A stretch of DNA of 60,019 bases, counting the filler. It is 7 parts of 7 records of this genome, joined end to end, with 100 filler letters (N's around TTAATTAATTAA, not from the genome) between each part and the next. Parts side by side here need not be neighbours in the genome. Positions count along the whole stretch, not along the records: positions 1 to 12,849 come from SRR31156797_10183; positions 12,950 to 21,400 come from SRR31156797_10187; 5 more parts are not named here. One strand, 5' to 3'. Under the pieces are notes generated by a model, which saw nothing but the letters and a program-made list of their open reading frames with translations, was not told the origin of the DNA and searched no databases. Within the stretch, counting starts at the first letter, position 1. Each line of letters starts with the position of its first letter. Position numbers and translations under genes: made by a program. This document shows positions 8,116 through 17,848 of this stretch, piece after piece.

Positions 8116-10626
8116 TTATTGCTCTAATGGTTCAGGCTCACCTAAAAAGTAACCTTGAAACTCATCTACATCCAACTCTTTAACAATCTCATAAACCTCT
8201 TTTGAGTGAATAAACTCTGCTATTACTTTAATCCCTAAAGATTTACAGAAAGTTACGATAGTTTTCACTATTTCATAAGAGTTTTCATCAATATTTATAT
8301 CTTTGATTAAAGAGCCATCTATTTTTATATAATCTGGTTTGATTTTTAATATATAAGAGAAATTAGAAAAACCTGTACCAAAATCATCTATTGCTATTCT
8401 TATCCCTTTATTTCTATACTCTTCAATAAATTCACTAAGAATCTTATAATCAGTAATATCTTCACTTTCTAATATCTCAAATACAATTCTTTTTCTTTGT
8501 TCTTTTGATAATTTATCAACCTCTTCTTTTAAAATCTGCATATAATTTATATTCATAATATCATTAAAACTTAAATTTATAGAGATATCTTTTTTTATCT
8601 TTTCAAGATTTCCAAAAGCCTTTTGCATAATCACTTTGTTTAATGCAAAATATTGTTTTGTTTTTATTGCTATAAAGAGGAAGTTTCCAGGAGTAATAAA
8701 TGATATTTTTCCATCGATTTCATCTTCCATTCTCATCAATACTTCATATTTGATAAGCTCATTTTTGTTGTTATAAATAGGTTGAAAAAATGGAACAACT
8801 TTATCTGCTTTTAGAGACTCTTTTATTTTATTTTTCCAATAGACTGTTCTTTGAATATTTTTTTTAGTATCAATTGATTTGTTATAAATGGCAAATTTTT
8901 CATCTTTTTTCATTGCACTTTTTAGAGCAATTGTTGCACAAGATAATTGCTTGGTTTGAGAGATAGAAACACCTATAGTGACATCAAAGATTATTCCTAT
9001 TTGTAAAGACTCTATTTTAATAGGTTGTTTAAAAGCATCTTGTATTTTTTTCACTACTAAATCATAAGATAAAAAATTTTGGATTTTAGTATCAAGTAAA
9101 GCAAAAGTACCTGATAAAACTCTATATATTCCAAAGCCCTCATCTTTTGCAAACTTACTTAAGTATTTTGAAATCTGTAACAAAACTTCATCTCCAACTT
9201 CGAATCCATACAATTCATTTATATCATCAAAGTTATCTATTTTGATTAAATTTAAAGCAGAAAATTCGATATCTTTTAAATCATCAAGTAATGAATCTCT
9301 ATTTCTCAAACCAGTTAGAGAATCATGGAAAAGCTTATATTTTATCTCTTTTGTTCTATCTTCTACTTTTTTTTCTAAATCTTTAGTATTTGCTTCTATA
9401 AAATCTAACATGGTGTTAAACTGTTCTGATAATAAACCTAATTCATCATTTGTTTTAATATCATTTCTAACTTGAAAATCGCCATTTTTTACAGCTTTTG
9501 CATGTGCAGATAATATTGAAATTGGTTTTAAATATTTTTCAACAAAAAATATAGCAATGAAAGATATCACAAATAATAAGAGAAAAGAAACACCTAAAAT
9601 AAGTTGATTTATCTCTTTTGCTTTTAATTCAATATCATCTTTGTATACAGTTGAACCAAGGTACCAATCAAAAAAAGAATTGTGTTTTACCCACGCAAGT
9701 TTTTCATAAATGAAGTTTTCTGGGTCACTTTTTCTATTCCATTTATACTCAATAGGTTTATTTGAAGTTAACACTTTATTTATGTTTTCAAGAAAACTTG
9801 TTTGTTTTGACATTTGCATTATTTGATTTATATTTTTATTTAAAACTTTCTTGTTAGGATGAATAATCATCTTTCCATCGCCATCTACAACAAAAACATA
9901 AGCTGCTTCCTCTTTAGTAATAGATTCAATCAAAAGTTGAAGGTCAAAAATAATTTTGTTTTTTTCTGCTTCTACTTCATCATCAACCTCTTGTGTTGAA
10001 ACTGAAGAAACAATAACTAAATCTAAAGGTTTAAAATATAAACCATGGGCAATCTTTTCAAAATGCCCAACTCTGTCAAGGTTTGACCAACTATATCTAA
10101 TAAAACTTTCATTACTTTGTTTTACTTCTTGAATCAACTCTTTGATAAACTTTCTTCCTCGTCTATCTTCTATTTCATATATGTTTTTTGCTAAATACTC
10201 ATGATAAGGATGATAAAAAATTGTTCCATCGCTTTTTAAAATATAGTTATAATCACTTGAATAACCATAGTTGATATTTGCTATACTTTGAAAGCTTTTT
10301 TCTATTGCTTGAGATTTTGAAAGAATGCCCTCTTGATACATTTTATAGTTGCTATTAAATATTTCATAAACTATGTTTGAGATATCTCTTATTTTATCTT
10401 CAAACTCAATCTCTTTTGCGATTTTGTAATCTTTGATATATTTTTCTTTTGAGTCAATTATGGCTTCAACTCTTTGAAGTTGTGTTTCTGCTTGTTTTTT
10501 TTCTACATTGGTTAGGTAACTTGTAACTTTGGGAGAGACAGTAAAAACTATCACAGATGTGTAAACAATAACAACCGAAATGATTGTTAGACCTATCTTA
10601 TAAAATAGTTTATTTTTTACTGCCAT
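8116..10626 (-). CDS. Cache-HAMP-(degenerate GGDEF)-EAL c-di-GMP phosphodiesterase
   Basis: Two TM helices flanking tandem Cache domains; HAMP (DELGLL); DSLTGL with SGTFA in place of GGDEF; EVL and DDFGTGFS intact. Confidence 0.88.
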   Translation of the reverse strand: MAVKNKLFYKIGLTIISVVIVYTSVIVFTVSPKVTSYLTNVEKKQAETQLQRVEAIIDSKEKYIKDYKIAKEIEFEDKIRDISNIVYEIFNSNYKMYQEGILSKSQAIEKSFQSIANINYGYSSDYNYILKSDGTIFYHPYHEYLAKNIYEIEDRRGRKFIKELIQEVKQSNESFIRYSWSNLDRVGHFEKIAHGLYFKPLDLVIVSSVSTQEVDDEVEAEKNKIIFDLQLLIESITKEEAAYVFVVDGDGKMIIHPNKKVLNKNINQIMQMSKQTSFLENINKVLTSNKPIEYKWNRKSDPENFIYEKLAWVKHNSFFDWYLGSTVYKDDIELKAKEINQLILGVSFLLLFVISFIAIFFVEKYLKPISILSAHAKAVKNGDFQVRNDIKTNDELGLLSEQFNTMLDFIEANTKDLEKKVEDRTKEIKYKLFHDSLTGLRNRDSLLDDLKDIEFSALNLIKIDNFDDINELYGFEVGDEVLLQISKYLSKFAKDEGFGIYRVLSGTFALLDTKIQNFLSYDLVVKKIQDAFKQPIKIESLQIGIIFDVTIGVSISQTKQLSCATIALKSAMKKDEKFAIYNKSIDTKKNIQRTVYWKNKIKESLKADKVVPFFQPIYNNKNELIKYEVLMRMEDEIDGKISFITPGNFLFIAIKTKQYFALNKVIMQKAFGNLEKIKKDISINLSFNDIMNINYMQILKEEVDKLSKEQRKRIVFEILESEDITDYKILSEFIEEYRNKGIRIAIDDFGTGFSNFSYILKIKPDYIKIDGSLIKDINIDENSYEIVKTIVTFCKSLGIKVIAEFIHSKEVYEIVKELDVDEFQGYFLGEPEPLEQ

Positions 10627-10643
10627 ATTAAAATCCTAGCCTT

Positions 10644-11450
10644 TTAATTTATATTTGCAATAATATCTCCATATTTTACATTTTGGTTCAATAAATCTTC
10701 TAATTTTATAAAATCTTTTTCCCATAACATTACGACAGTTGAACCCATTTTAAAATACCCTAAGCAATCTGCTTTTGATATCTTTAAAGACTCATATTCG
10801 TAAATTTTTACTTCTTTGCAATCTGTGTTTGTTTCAACTCTTGGTTCAAAATCAAAAACCATTTGTCCAACATTTAAAGCTCCAACAAAAACCATATAAA
10901 AAAGTTTGTCGTTGAAGAAACACTCTAATATAACTCTTTCATTTTCAACAAATAAATCAATTTGTTTATTTAAATATTTAATATTTACAGGATAAAGTTT
11001 TCCTGGTACATGAATAAGTCTTTTAACTTCAAAATCAATTGGAGAATGATATCTATGATAATCTTTTGGTGAAAGATAAAAATTCATATAATCACCATCA
11101 TGCATTTTATCAAAATTGTGAGCACAATTGTAAGTTAAAAGCTCTTCAATTGAGTACTCCATACCCTTTATTTGCAATGATAAATCACTTTGTAATTTAC
11201 CACATTGTGTAATAAAACTATCAGTTGGTGAGATAAATATATTATCACCCTTCTCAATCTCTCTTGGAATAGCCAATTCTCTTGTAAATAGATCATTTAG
11301 TGATTTATAAAACTTTGGGTTTCTAAACTCACTCATATTTAATCCCAAAAACTTTACATAAGCCCCATTGATTACCTTTTGTATAAAAAAAGGAAATTCA
11401 AACTTCGCAAACTTTCCAAAATATTGAGATATGATGTTTGTTATATGCAT
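10644..11450 (-). CDS. psd: Phosphatidylserine decarboxylase
   Basis: YLSPKDYHRYHSP, NERV, FKMGST self-cleavage motif. Confidence 0.96.
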   Translation of the reverse strand: MHITNIISQYFGKFAKFEFPFFIQKVINGAYVKFLGLNMSEFRNPKFYKSLNDLFTRELAIPREIEKGDNIFISPTDSFITQCGKLQSDLSLQIKGMEYSIEELLTYNCAHNFDKMHDGDYMNFYLSPKDYHRYHSPIDFEVKRLIHVPGKLYPVNIKYLNKQIDLFVENERVILECFFNDKLFYMVFVGALNVGQMVFDFEPRVETNTDCKEVKIYEYESLKISKADCLGYFKMGSTVVMLWEKDFIKLEDLLNQNVKYGDIIANIN

Positions 11451-11618
11451 AACTATCCTTACAAAATTTCTTATATATTTATCATTTTAGCCAAACTTCT
11501 CTTCAATTTTAAAATATCTAAATAAAAATTATCTCTAAGATGTTTTAAAATATATTTTGATAATCTTTCAAAACTATCATATGGTAGAGAAAACTAACAA
11601 TTTTTAAAGGACAAATAA

Positions 11619-11858
11619 ATGCATAAAATCATTGTTGAAAATCAATGTGGATGCTTTAGAAGAAGTGACTTAGAGAGTGATATTGAAATAGGTTCAAAAG
11701 ATGAAGCGCTAAGTAAAGCTATTCAAATGAAAAACCAAATGAATGCTGAATTTTGTGGGAAACACGAATTTCAACTAATAGAAGATTCAGAAAATTTTGT
11801 AATCTCATTTAGAGCTCCTCAACCATCGTCATGTTGTGGAACAGGATGCTGTAGCTAG
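11619..11858 (+). CDS. Small cysteine-rich hypothetical protein
   Basis: AAGGA RBS; CGC, FCGKH and C-terminal CCGTGCC. Confidence 0.75.
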   Translation: MHKIIVENQCGCFRRSDLESDIEIGSKDEALSKAIQMKNQMNAEFCGKHEFQLIEDSENFVISFRAPQPSSCCGTGCCS

Positions 11859-11882
11859 GGATATAGGGTTTACCTATATTCC
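11859..11882. terminator. Hairpin between convergent genes
   Basis: ATATAGG-GTTTA-CCTATAT inverted repeat. Confidence 0.45.
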
Positions 11883-12610
11883 TACCTCAATTCTTTTTTT
11901 CTTTTTAGGTACTTATCTATAGCTTTTTTTACTAATTCAAAGTTTTGACCATCTCCTTGGATTCTTTGAAAACATTTTTCATAATCTGCTTCAGGGTCAA
12001 TCTTTTCAATCTCAAATAAAATATCTAAAAATGCGTGGAAAGGAACATGGTCTCCACTTCTTGTAAAGTGAATTGCTCTTTGTAATGAAACAAAAGGGTT
12101 AAGATTTATTCTTGTTATATCGTTATATCTTTTTTCCATATATTCAACAAAAACCTCTCTAATATCCCACTCAATAACTTCAACTTTTTTTGTTTTTGTA
12201 TTTAGTCTACATTTAAACCCAATTTTTGTTGAATAAAAATCAAAGATATCAATCACAAACTTTAAATCTTTTTCTAAAAATCTTTCCCTAAAAACACATT
12301 GAAAAATATCATCTTCAAAAATAAATGTATGTGAATTGTTTTTATATAAAAAGTATTTTTGATCGATTGATGAAATCATCTTTTTTAACTGTTCTTCTGT
12401 TAAGAAAAACATATCAATATCTCTAAAAGTATCTCTTTTTAAACATGAGCCTGCAAGGTAAAAATCAACATATTCACTATCTAAAGGTGAAGAGATAACA
12501 TTTCTAAAAAAATTTTCCATTCTATCAACTACATTTTTTAATCTTTTATCAAGACTAATTGCTAAATCTTTATTGATATAATCGTATTCTTTCCAAAACT
12601 TATAATTCAA
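11882..12610 (-). CDS. Orphan nucleotidyltransferase-superfamily protein (class II CCA/poly(A) polymerase-like head)
   Basis: YLAGS-x8-RDID, FDF and LQRAIHF motifs; TTG start. Confidence 0.55.
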   Translation of the reverse strand: MNYKFWKEYDYINKDLAISLDKRLKNVVDRMENFFRNVISSPLDSEYVDFYLAGSCLKRDTFRDIDMFFLTEEQLKKMISSIDQKYFLYKNNSHTFIFEDDIFQCVFRERFLEKDLKFVIDIFDFYSTKIGFKCRLNTKTKKVEVIEWDIREVFVEYMEKRYNDITRINLNPFVSLQRAIHFTRSGDHVPFHAFLDILFEIEKIDPEADYEKCFQRIQGDGQNFELVKKAIDKYLKRKKELR

Positions 12611-12656
12611 GAAAAACCCTTTTTTAAAATTCTAACGATATTTTATAATATAAATC

Positions 12657-12848
12657 CTAATTATTAGGTACTAAAATTGTAAGTTTTCCTGGTTCTTTCA
12701 TCCCACCTGCATGAAGTTCAGCATGTTTTCCATATCCAAAATAAAAATCTGCTCTGATTTCACCTTTTATTGCGCCACCTGTATCAGCGGCAACTGTTAG
12801 TTTTTCTATCTTTTCATGAGTTACTGAATTTTTTGTATTTATAAATAC
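12657..12848 (-). CDS. mltA: Lytic murein transglycosylase A, 3' fragment (contig edge)
   Basis: Manual translation: AADTGGAIKGEIRADFYFGYG...AGGMKEPG (3D domain). Confidence 0.88.
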   Translation of the reverse strand, partial: VFINTKNSVTHEKIEKLTVAADTGGAIKGEIRADFYFGYGKHAELHAGGMKEPGKLTILVPNN

Positions 12849-12849
12849 T

Positions 12850-12949
12850 NNNNNNNNNNNNNNNNNNNNNNNNNNNNNNNNNNNNNNNNNNNNTTAATTA
12901 ATTAANNNNNNNNNNNNNNNNNNNNNNNNNNNNNNNNNNNNNNNNNNNN
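12850..12949. other. Artificial contig linker
   Basis: N44-TTAATTAATTAA-N44 with stops in all frames; composition shifts across it. Confidence 0.98.
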
Positions 12950-12985
12950 GATAAATCCGGCGCCGCCGGTAACCAGTATTTTCAT
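12950..12985 (-). CDS. NAD-dependent epimerase/dehydratase, 5' fragment (contig edge)
   Basis: Manual translation MKILVTGGAGFI preceded by AGGAG RBS. Confidence 0.8.
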
Positions 12986-13125
12986 TTTAGAGTCTCCTGC
13001 GTCTCAACTGGGGCCGCATATTCCCGTTTGTGGTTGATGAATCACAAAGAAGAAGAGCAGACTAGCAAGGCATAAAGCGAGGGTCAAGAAATAATCAACA
13101 GCCCGGATACCGGGCCCATGGTCAT

Positions 13126-15480
13126 ATGGCGAGAAAAGGCGAAACAGACATGACTTACAACAATATTCTCAGTAAAATCGGCAATACCCCGCTGGTACCC
13201 ATTACCCGCCTTTCGTCCCACAATGATGTGGAGATACTGGCCAAATTGGAGGGATTTAACCCCGGTGGATCCATCAAGGACCGACCGGCCTTGAAAATGA
13301 TCGAAGAGGCCGAAAAAACGGGCGCATTGAAAAAAGGGAAGATCATTCTGGAAGCGACCAGTGGCAACACGGGGATCGGTCTGGCCATGGTGGCCGCCGT
13401 CAAGGGATATGATATCTTATTAACCATGTCCGAAGCGGTCAGTGAAGAACGGGTTAAGATCCTTGCGGCCCTGGGAGCTAAAATAGAATTTACCCCGGCA
13501 CACCTGGGAACCGATGGCGCCATTGAACATGTCTATAACCTGGCCCGGGAAAATCCTGAAAAATTCTGGCTGGCCGATCAGTTTAACAATGTCGCCAACT
13601 GGATGGCCCATTATGAAAGCACCGCCATGGAAATATGGGAGCAAACGGAAGGGCATCTAGACGCCATTGTGGCCACCATGGGAACCACCGGCACCCTGAT
13701 GGGAATTTCCAGGCGGTTCAAGGAGTTGGATCCATCCGTTCAAATCATCGGCGTGGAACCGTATCTGGGGCACAAGATCCAGGGGCTCAAAAACATGAAA
13801 GAGTCCTACCAGCCGGGCATTTTTGAAAAGGAGAGAGCAGACCGGATTATCAAAATTGAAGACGAAGACGCCTTTGAAACCGCCCGAATGCTGGCCCGGA
13901 AAGAAGGGATTTTTGTGGGGATGAGTTCCGGGGCCGCCATGGCGGTGGCCCTTAAGGTGGCCCGAAAGATGGATCGGGGCCGCATTGTGGTTATTCTGGC
14001 CGACGGCGGCGAGAGATATCTCAGTACGCCTCTGTTCATGGCCAGAAAGAAATCAGGACTCCGCGTATACAATACCATGACCCGCAAAAAAGAGGATTTT
14101 GTCCCCGTAAAAGAGAACCATGTCACCCTCTATTCCTGTGGTCCCACCCTTTGCCAGGTCATTGATATCGTACAATGCCGGCGCCTGCTTTTCTCCGACC
14201 TGATCAGCCGCTATTTGACCTTCAAAAGGTATGAAGTGACCCACATCATGAATGTGACGGACCTGGACGACCGCACCATTGAGGGGGCTCAAAAGGCCGG
14301 TGTTTCCCTTAAAGAGTTTACGGATATGTTTTACAATTCTTTCATGACGGATCTGGACAGCCTAAACATCGTAAAGGCCTCCCAATACCCACGGCCCAGC
14401 GAACATGTGGACGACATGATAGCGCTGACCCAGACCCTTCTGGAAAAGGGATATGCCTATGAAAAGCTACGTTCCATATACTTTGATATCTCCAGGTTCA
14501 AAGACTACGGAAAACTCTCCAACGTTGACCTCAATAAAATCAGAATCGGCAAAACCGTCGATCTGGACCAATATGAAAAAGAAAACCCCAAAGATTTTAC
14601 CCTGTTGAAAAGATCCACCCTCAGCGAACTGAAAACCGGCATTTTCTTTAAGACGAAATGGGGAAATGTACGGCCGGGATGGCACCTAGAGTGTGCCACC
14701 ATTGCCCTCAAAACCCTCGGGCCCACTCACGACATACACACCAGCGGTGTGGCCCTGGCATTCCCCCACCACGAAAACGCCATCGCCATCAGCCAGGCCG
14801 CCACCGACAGACCCCTGGCCAATTACTGGCTTCACAATGAGCCGGTCATGTTCAATGGCCCCAATGCATTTGATAACGGTCACCTGACATTCAGGGATCT
14901 TCTGGCAAAAGGGTACACGGGAAGGGAGGTTCGATACTGGTTGCTCAGTCGACACTATCGGAAACCGATCTTCTTTTCCCAGACTAAGCTTTCCGCTGTC
15001 AGAAACACCATTGCCCATCTTGATAAATTTGTTCAGAAACTCTATTTTGCAAGACCGGTCTCGGTGAACCCCGATCTTGACCAAGTCATTTATGCTTTGA
15101 AACAAGGCTTTGTAACCGCCATGGACGATGATTTCAATGTGGCCGCAGCCCTGGCAGCCCTTTTTCGTTTTACCCGCGACATCAACCTGATGATGGATCA
15201 AAGGGGCCTGGCCGCTTCGGATCTGGGGAAAATACTGGCGGCTCTCGGGCGGATTAATTCGGTCCTGGGGATTATGGACCTGAAACCGGCTGATGCCGAC
15301 CCGGAAGTGGAGGCACTCATTGAAAAAAGGGAATTGGCCAGGAGTCGAAAAGACTGGTCCACGGCTGACCATCTCAGAGACGAAATGGAGAACATGGGGA
15401 TTGAGGTGATCGATACCCAGCACGGACCGCGATGGAGAAGAATTGAGCCACAAGGAGACATCGAAACGCCACTCGAATAG
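13126..15480 (+). CDS. Cysteine synthase (CysM/CysK) fused to a degenerate cysteinyl-tRNA synthetase-like domain; alternative start 13150
   Basis: N-half: KLEGFNPGGSIKDR, ATSGNTG, GTTGT. C-half: YNTMTRKKE, CGPT, NVTDLDD, RPGWHLEC, FPHHEN, MDDDFN and anticodon-binding tail; HIGH and KMSKS absent. Confidence 0.92.
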   Translation: MARKGETDMTYNNILSKIGNTPLVPITRLSSHNDVEILAKLEGFNPGGSIKDRPALKMIEEAEKTGALKKGKIILEATSGNTGIGLAMVAAVKGYDILLTMSEAVSEERVKILAALGAKIEFTPAHLGTDGAIEHVYNLARENPEKFWLADQFNNVANWMAHYESTAMEIWEQTEGHLDAIVATMGTTGTLMGISRRFKELDPSVQIIGVEPYLGHKIQGLKNMKESYQPGIFEKERADRIIKIEDEDAFETARMLARKEGIFVGMSSGAAMAVALKVARKMDRGRIVVILADGGERYLSTPLFMARKKSGLRVYNTMTRKKEDFVPVKENHVTLYSCGPTLCQVIDIVQCRRLLFSDLISRYLTFKRYEVTHIMNVTDLDDRTIEGAQKAGVSLKEFTDMFYNSFMTDLDSLNIVKASQYPRPSEHVDDMIALTQTLLEKGYAYEKLRSIYFDISRFKDYGKLSNVDLNKIRIGKTVDLDQYEKENPKDFTLLKRSTLSELKTGIFFKTKWGNVRPGWHLECATIALKTLGPTHDIHTSGVALAFPHHENAIAISQAATDRPLANYWLHNEPVMFNGPNAFDNGHLTFRDLLAKGYTGREVRYWLLSRHYRKPIFFSQTKLSAVRNTIAHLDKFVQKLYFARPVSVNPDLDQVIYALKQGFVTAMDDDFNVAAALAALFRFTRDINLMMDQRGLAASDLGKILAALGRINSVLGIMDLKPADADPEVEALIEKRELARSRKDWSTADHLRDEMENMGIEVIDTQHGPRWRRIEPQGDIETPLE

Positions 15481-15500
15481 CAGATATATCAAGGACAACC

Positions 15501-15884
15501 ATGCCCATATATGAATACGAACCCGTGGATTTAAATAAAACCTGCAATAAATGCAAGTATGGATTTGAATTCATTCAAAAAATTAACGATACACCCCTTG
15601 AAAATTGTCCGGATTGCGGACATGCTGTCAGGAAAATCATCTCCTGGTGCCGAGGGGCCGTCATGGAAACTTCCGAAGAACATTCACACATCAACCGGAA
15701 GATCGCTTCCTATGAAAAGGAAGGCATGTGGAGCCATGCGGCTGAACTGGCGGATACCCATGCGGAAAAGATCAAAGACAACCGACTGAAAATGAGGGCC
15801 ATCGATAACTACGAAAAAGCCGGATACAATGCGGGAACATTGGAGAAACATGCCAAAACGGATAATGCCGCAGTTGAAAAATAA
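15501..15884 (+). CDS. FmdB-family zinc ribbon protein with C-terminal extension
   Basis: MPIYEYE, CxxC..FE, CPDCG. Confidence 0.82.
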   Translation: MPIYEYEPVDLNKTCNKCKYGFEFIQKINDTPLENCPDCGHAVRKIISWCRGAVMETSEEHSHINRKIASYEKEGMWSHAAELADTHAEKIKDNRLKMRAIDNYEKAGYNAGTLEKHAKTDNAAVEK

Positions 15885-15927
15885 TGCGGATTCAGACGCT
15901 TTTTATCCATAAAAGGGAGGTTTTCTT

Positions 15928-16134
15928 ATGAAAATTGAAGAATTGATCGCCGGAAAAAAGGATGGTCAGAAAGTTCAGGTTGGGGGCGTTTCCCTACCGA
16001 TTTCCGCCTTGAAACAATTCATGGACGAAGGATATACTCACCTGAAACCTTATCAGACGGAAAAAACCTTCTCATTCTGGGGCAAAGCCTGTACAGGCTG
16101 TTTTTCTGAACAGGAGATCGTCAACAGGCCGTAA
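15928..16134 (+). CDS. Small hypothetical protein with CxxC
   Basis: GGGAGG RBS; WGKACTGC. Confidence 0.7.
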   Translation: MKIEELIAGKKDGQKVQVGGVSLPISALKQFMDEGYTHLKPYQTEKTFSFWGKACTGCFSEQEIVNRP

Positions 16135-17848
16135 TCAGGATGTATTTGCTGTATTTCGCATCCAAAGCATCGGTTGGTACAATTTCCATCTCATGGCTGA
16201 AATCCCGCCAGGTCCGGGCCAAGGCGTCTTTCAGGTTTTTTGAACAGCTGTATGACGAGTCCGGATCCGGCATCTCAAATGTCTTCAGGAACCGCTCCTC
16301 AAAACCGAACATGCGGTACGGAGGCTCGGTATCCCCTGCCCTGAGAAGGCTTAAAAAGCCTCTCGCCTGCTTGAGGGAGACCGCGTTGAAACCGGGCTCC
16401 AGATCCAGCAGTTGCCGAGCCCACAAGGTGAACAACAGCTGGTAATAAATTAAATCAATGGCCTCGGAATCCGAAGGATCCAGGGGGTATGTCTTTGTCA
16501 GCTCGGCCATGAGGCTGTCCAGTCCCTCCAGGAGGTCCAGGATCTCAGTTGTGGCGGACAAATCGGACATGGACTGAAAATGCCTGAAGCCGCTTATTGA
16601 TTCACCTCCGCAATAATAAAGGGGTCTTTTTTTCAAAATGCCCGTGAGAGCCCCCCCCCATTGTTGTCCCCAGAAGGACGGTTCCAGCCCTGCTTCTTGA
16701 AACCAGCAGTTCTTCAACCACCGCTCCGTTTTCCATTTCAGACTTAAAGCCAACCCGAAACCCGCACGAAACAGGGATTCGAGGCTGTTCATCCTGAGTA
16801 GGTTTTCAGCGGTGTTTAGATCTTCATGGCCCCACTCATTATGACACCGCTCTTTCAAAATCATGTTCAGGTACCCGGCCGCCTGCACCTGAATTTCCTG
16901 AAGATTGTCCATATCCCAGTTTGAAAGACCTTCAGCCGATAGAATCTGGTTGCAAAGGCCGGCAAATTCCAGACGGATGCGATCCAGAAGTTTTTCATCT
17001 GACAGATTCGAGATGGTTTTCGTTAAAAGGTCCCGGCCCTGGAGGGTCTGAAGCGGCCACCGGGGAACAAGGCCCGCATCTTCCAGGCTGGCGGTGGCCC
17101 AGGCGTTTGCGTCTTGTTTTTTCGTTTTCAAACGCTCCGGGTTCAGCGGAGCGTAAACCGCCATGGCCTCCTCCCGGGGAAGAAAGCCATGCTCCGCCAG
17201 TCGAACGTTTCTCATGCGGTACATGTCCTCTTCAAGTTCCGCAGGCAGTATGCCCGCCAATCCCGTCAGAAGTGACTGGTATTTAAGGGTGTCCTCCCGG
17301 GCAATGGTTCGCAGTAATGCTTCAATGGTTTCCCGCTGATCTTCGCGTACGGGCCGAATGTAGAAAAATCCGTCAATGGTGAAAAAACCGGGTCCCGCCT
17401 CAAACGTTTCCTCATCTTCATTCTTCACTTCCACAATAATGCTTCGATAGAGGAAATAGTAAGTCAGTCCCTCCTGATCGGAAATGAGCCATTGTATAAA
17501 TCGCTCCGGATCGGCTGTCAACAGCCGCTGCATCCATCGGCTCGTACGGTTCAGTTCCAGGCGATCCTTCTGCCAGGAGTCCACATCAAAAAGATATTGC
17601 CATTGATCACGTGAGGCCAATTTCAGCAATTCCAGGGATCCGTCCGCACCCACCTTGTTGGTCAGCCAGAAAAAATCCTCGCTGGACATGGTCCGGATCA
17701 AACGGGGGCAATCAGGGTGCTTTAAAACCTTGTTCAGTGCCTTATCACCTGAAAGGCTGTGCAGACCGTCAAAAAATGCACCATCCAGGGGTAAAACCCC
17801 ATGACCGTTTCCAATATCCTGTCCGTTTCCCTGCGGCCGATTTTCCAA
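16121..17848 (-). CDS. DUF6178-like conserved protein
   Basis: 575-aa ORF with DVDSWQKDR and ELEEDMYRMRNVRLAEHGF segments recalled from this deltaproteobacterial family; GAGGAG upstream of TTG start. Confidence 0.65.
   Translation of the reverse strand: MENRPQGNGQDIGNGHGVLPLDGAFFDGLHSLSGDKALNKVLKHPDCPRLIRTMSSEDFFWLTNKVGADGSLELLKLASRDQWQYLFDVDSWQKDRLELNRTSRWMQRLLTADPERFIQWLISDQEGLTYYFLYRSIIVEVKNEDEETFEAGPGFFTIDGFFYIRPVREDQRETIEALLRTIAREDTLKYQSLLTGLAGILPAELEEDMYRMRNVRLAEHGFLPREEAMAVYAPLNPERLKTKKQDANAWATASLEDAGLVPRWPLQTLQGRDLLTKTISNLSDEKLLDRIRLEFAGLCNQILSAEGLSNWDMDNLQEIQVQAAGYLNMILKERCHNEWGHEDLNTAENLLRMNSLESLFRAGFGLALSLKWKTERWLKNCWFQEAGLEPSFWGQQWGGALTGILKKRPLYYCGGESISGFRHFQSMSDLSATTEILDLLEGLDSLMAELTKTYPLDPSDSEAIDLIYYQLLFTLWARQLLDLEPGFNAVSLKQARGFLSLLRAGDTEPPYRMFGFEERFLKTFEMPDPDSSYSCSKNLKDALARTWRDFSHEMEIVPTDALDAKYSKYILITAC

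Noticed and set aside
12894-12905. TTAATTAATTAA motif repeated six times as a possible biological repeat or CRISPR-like array
   Set aside because: Always centred in N44 padding; it is an all-frame stop linker added during concatenation
14686-15498. 270-aa antisense ORF and other shadow ORFs over the fusion gene and the kinase
   Set aside because: Opposite or alternate frames of well-supported genes, no motifs; expected at about 50% GC
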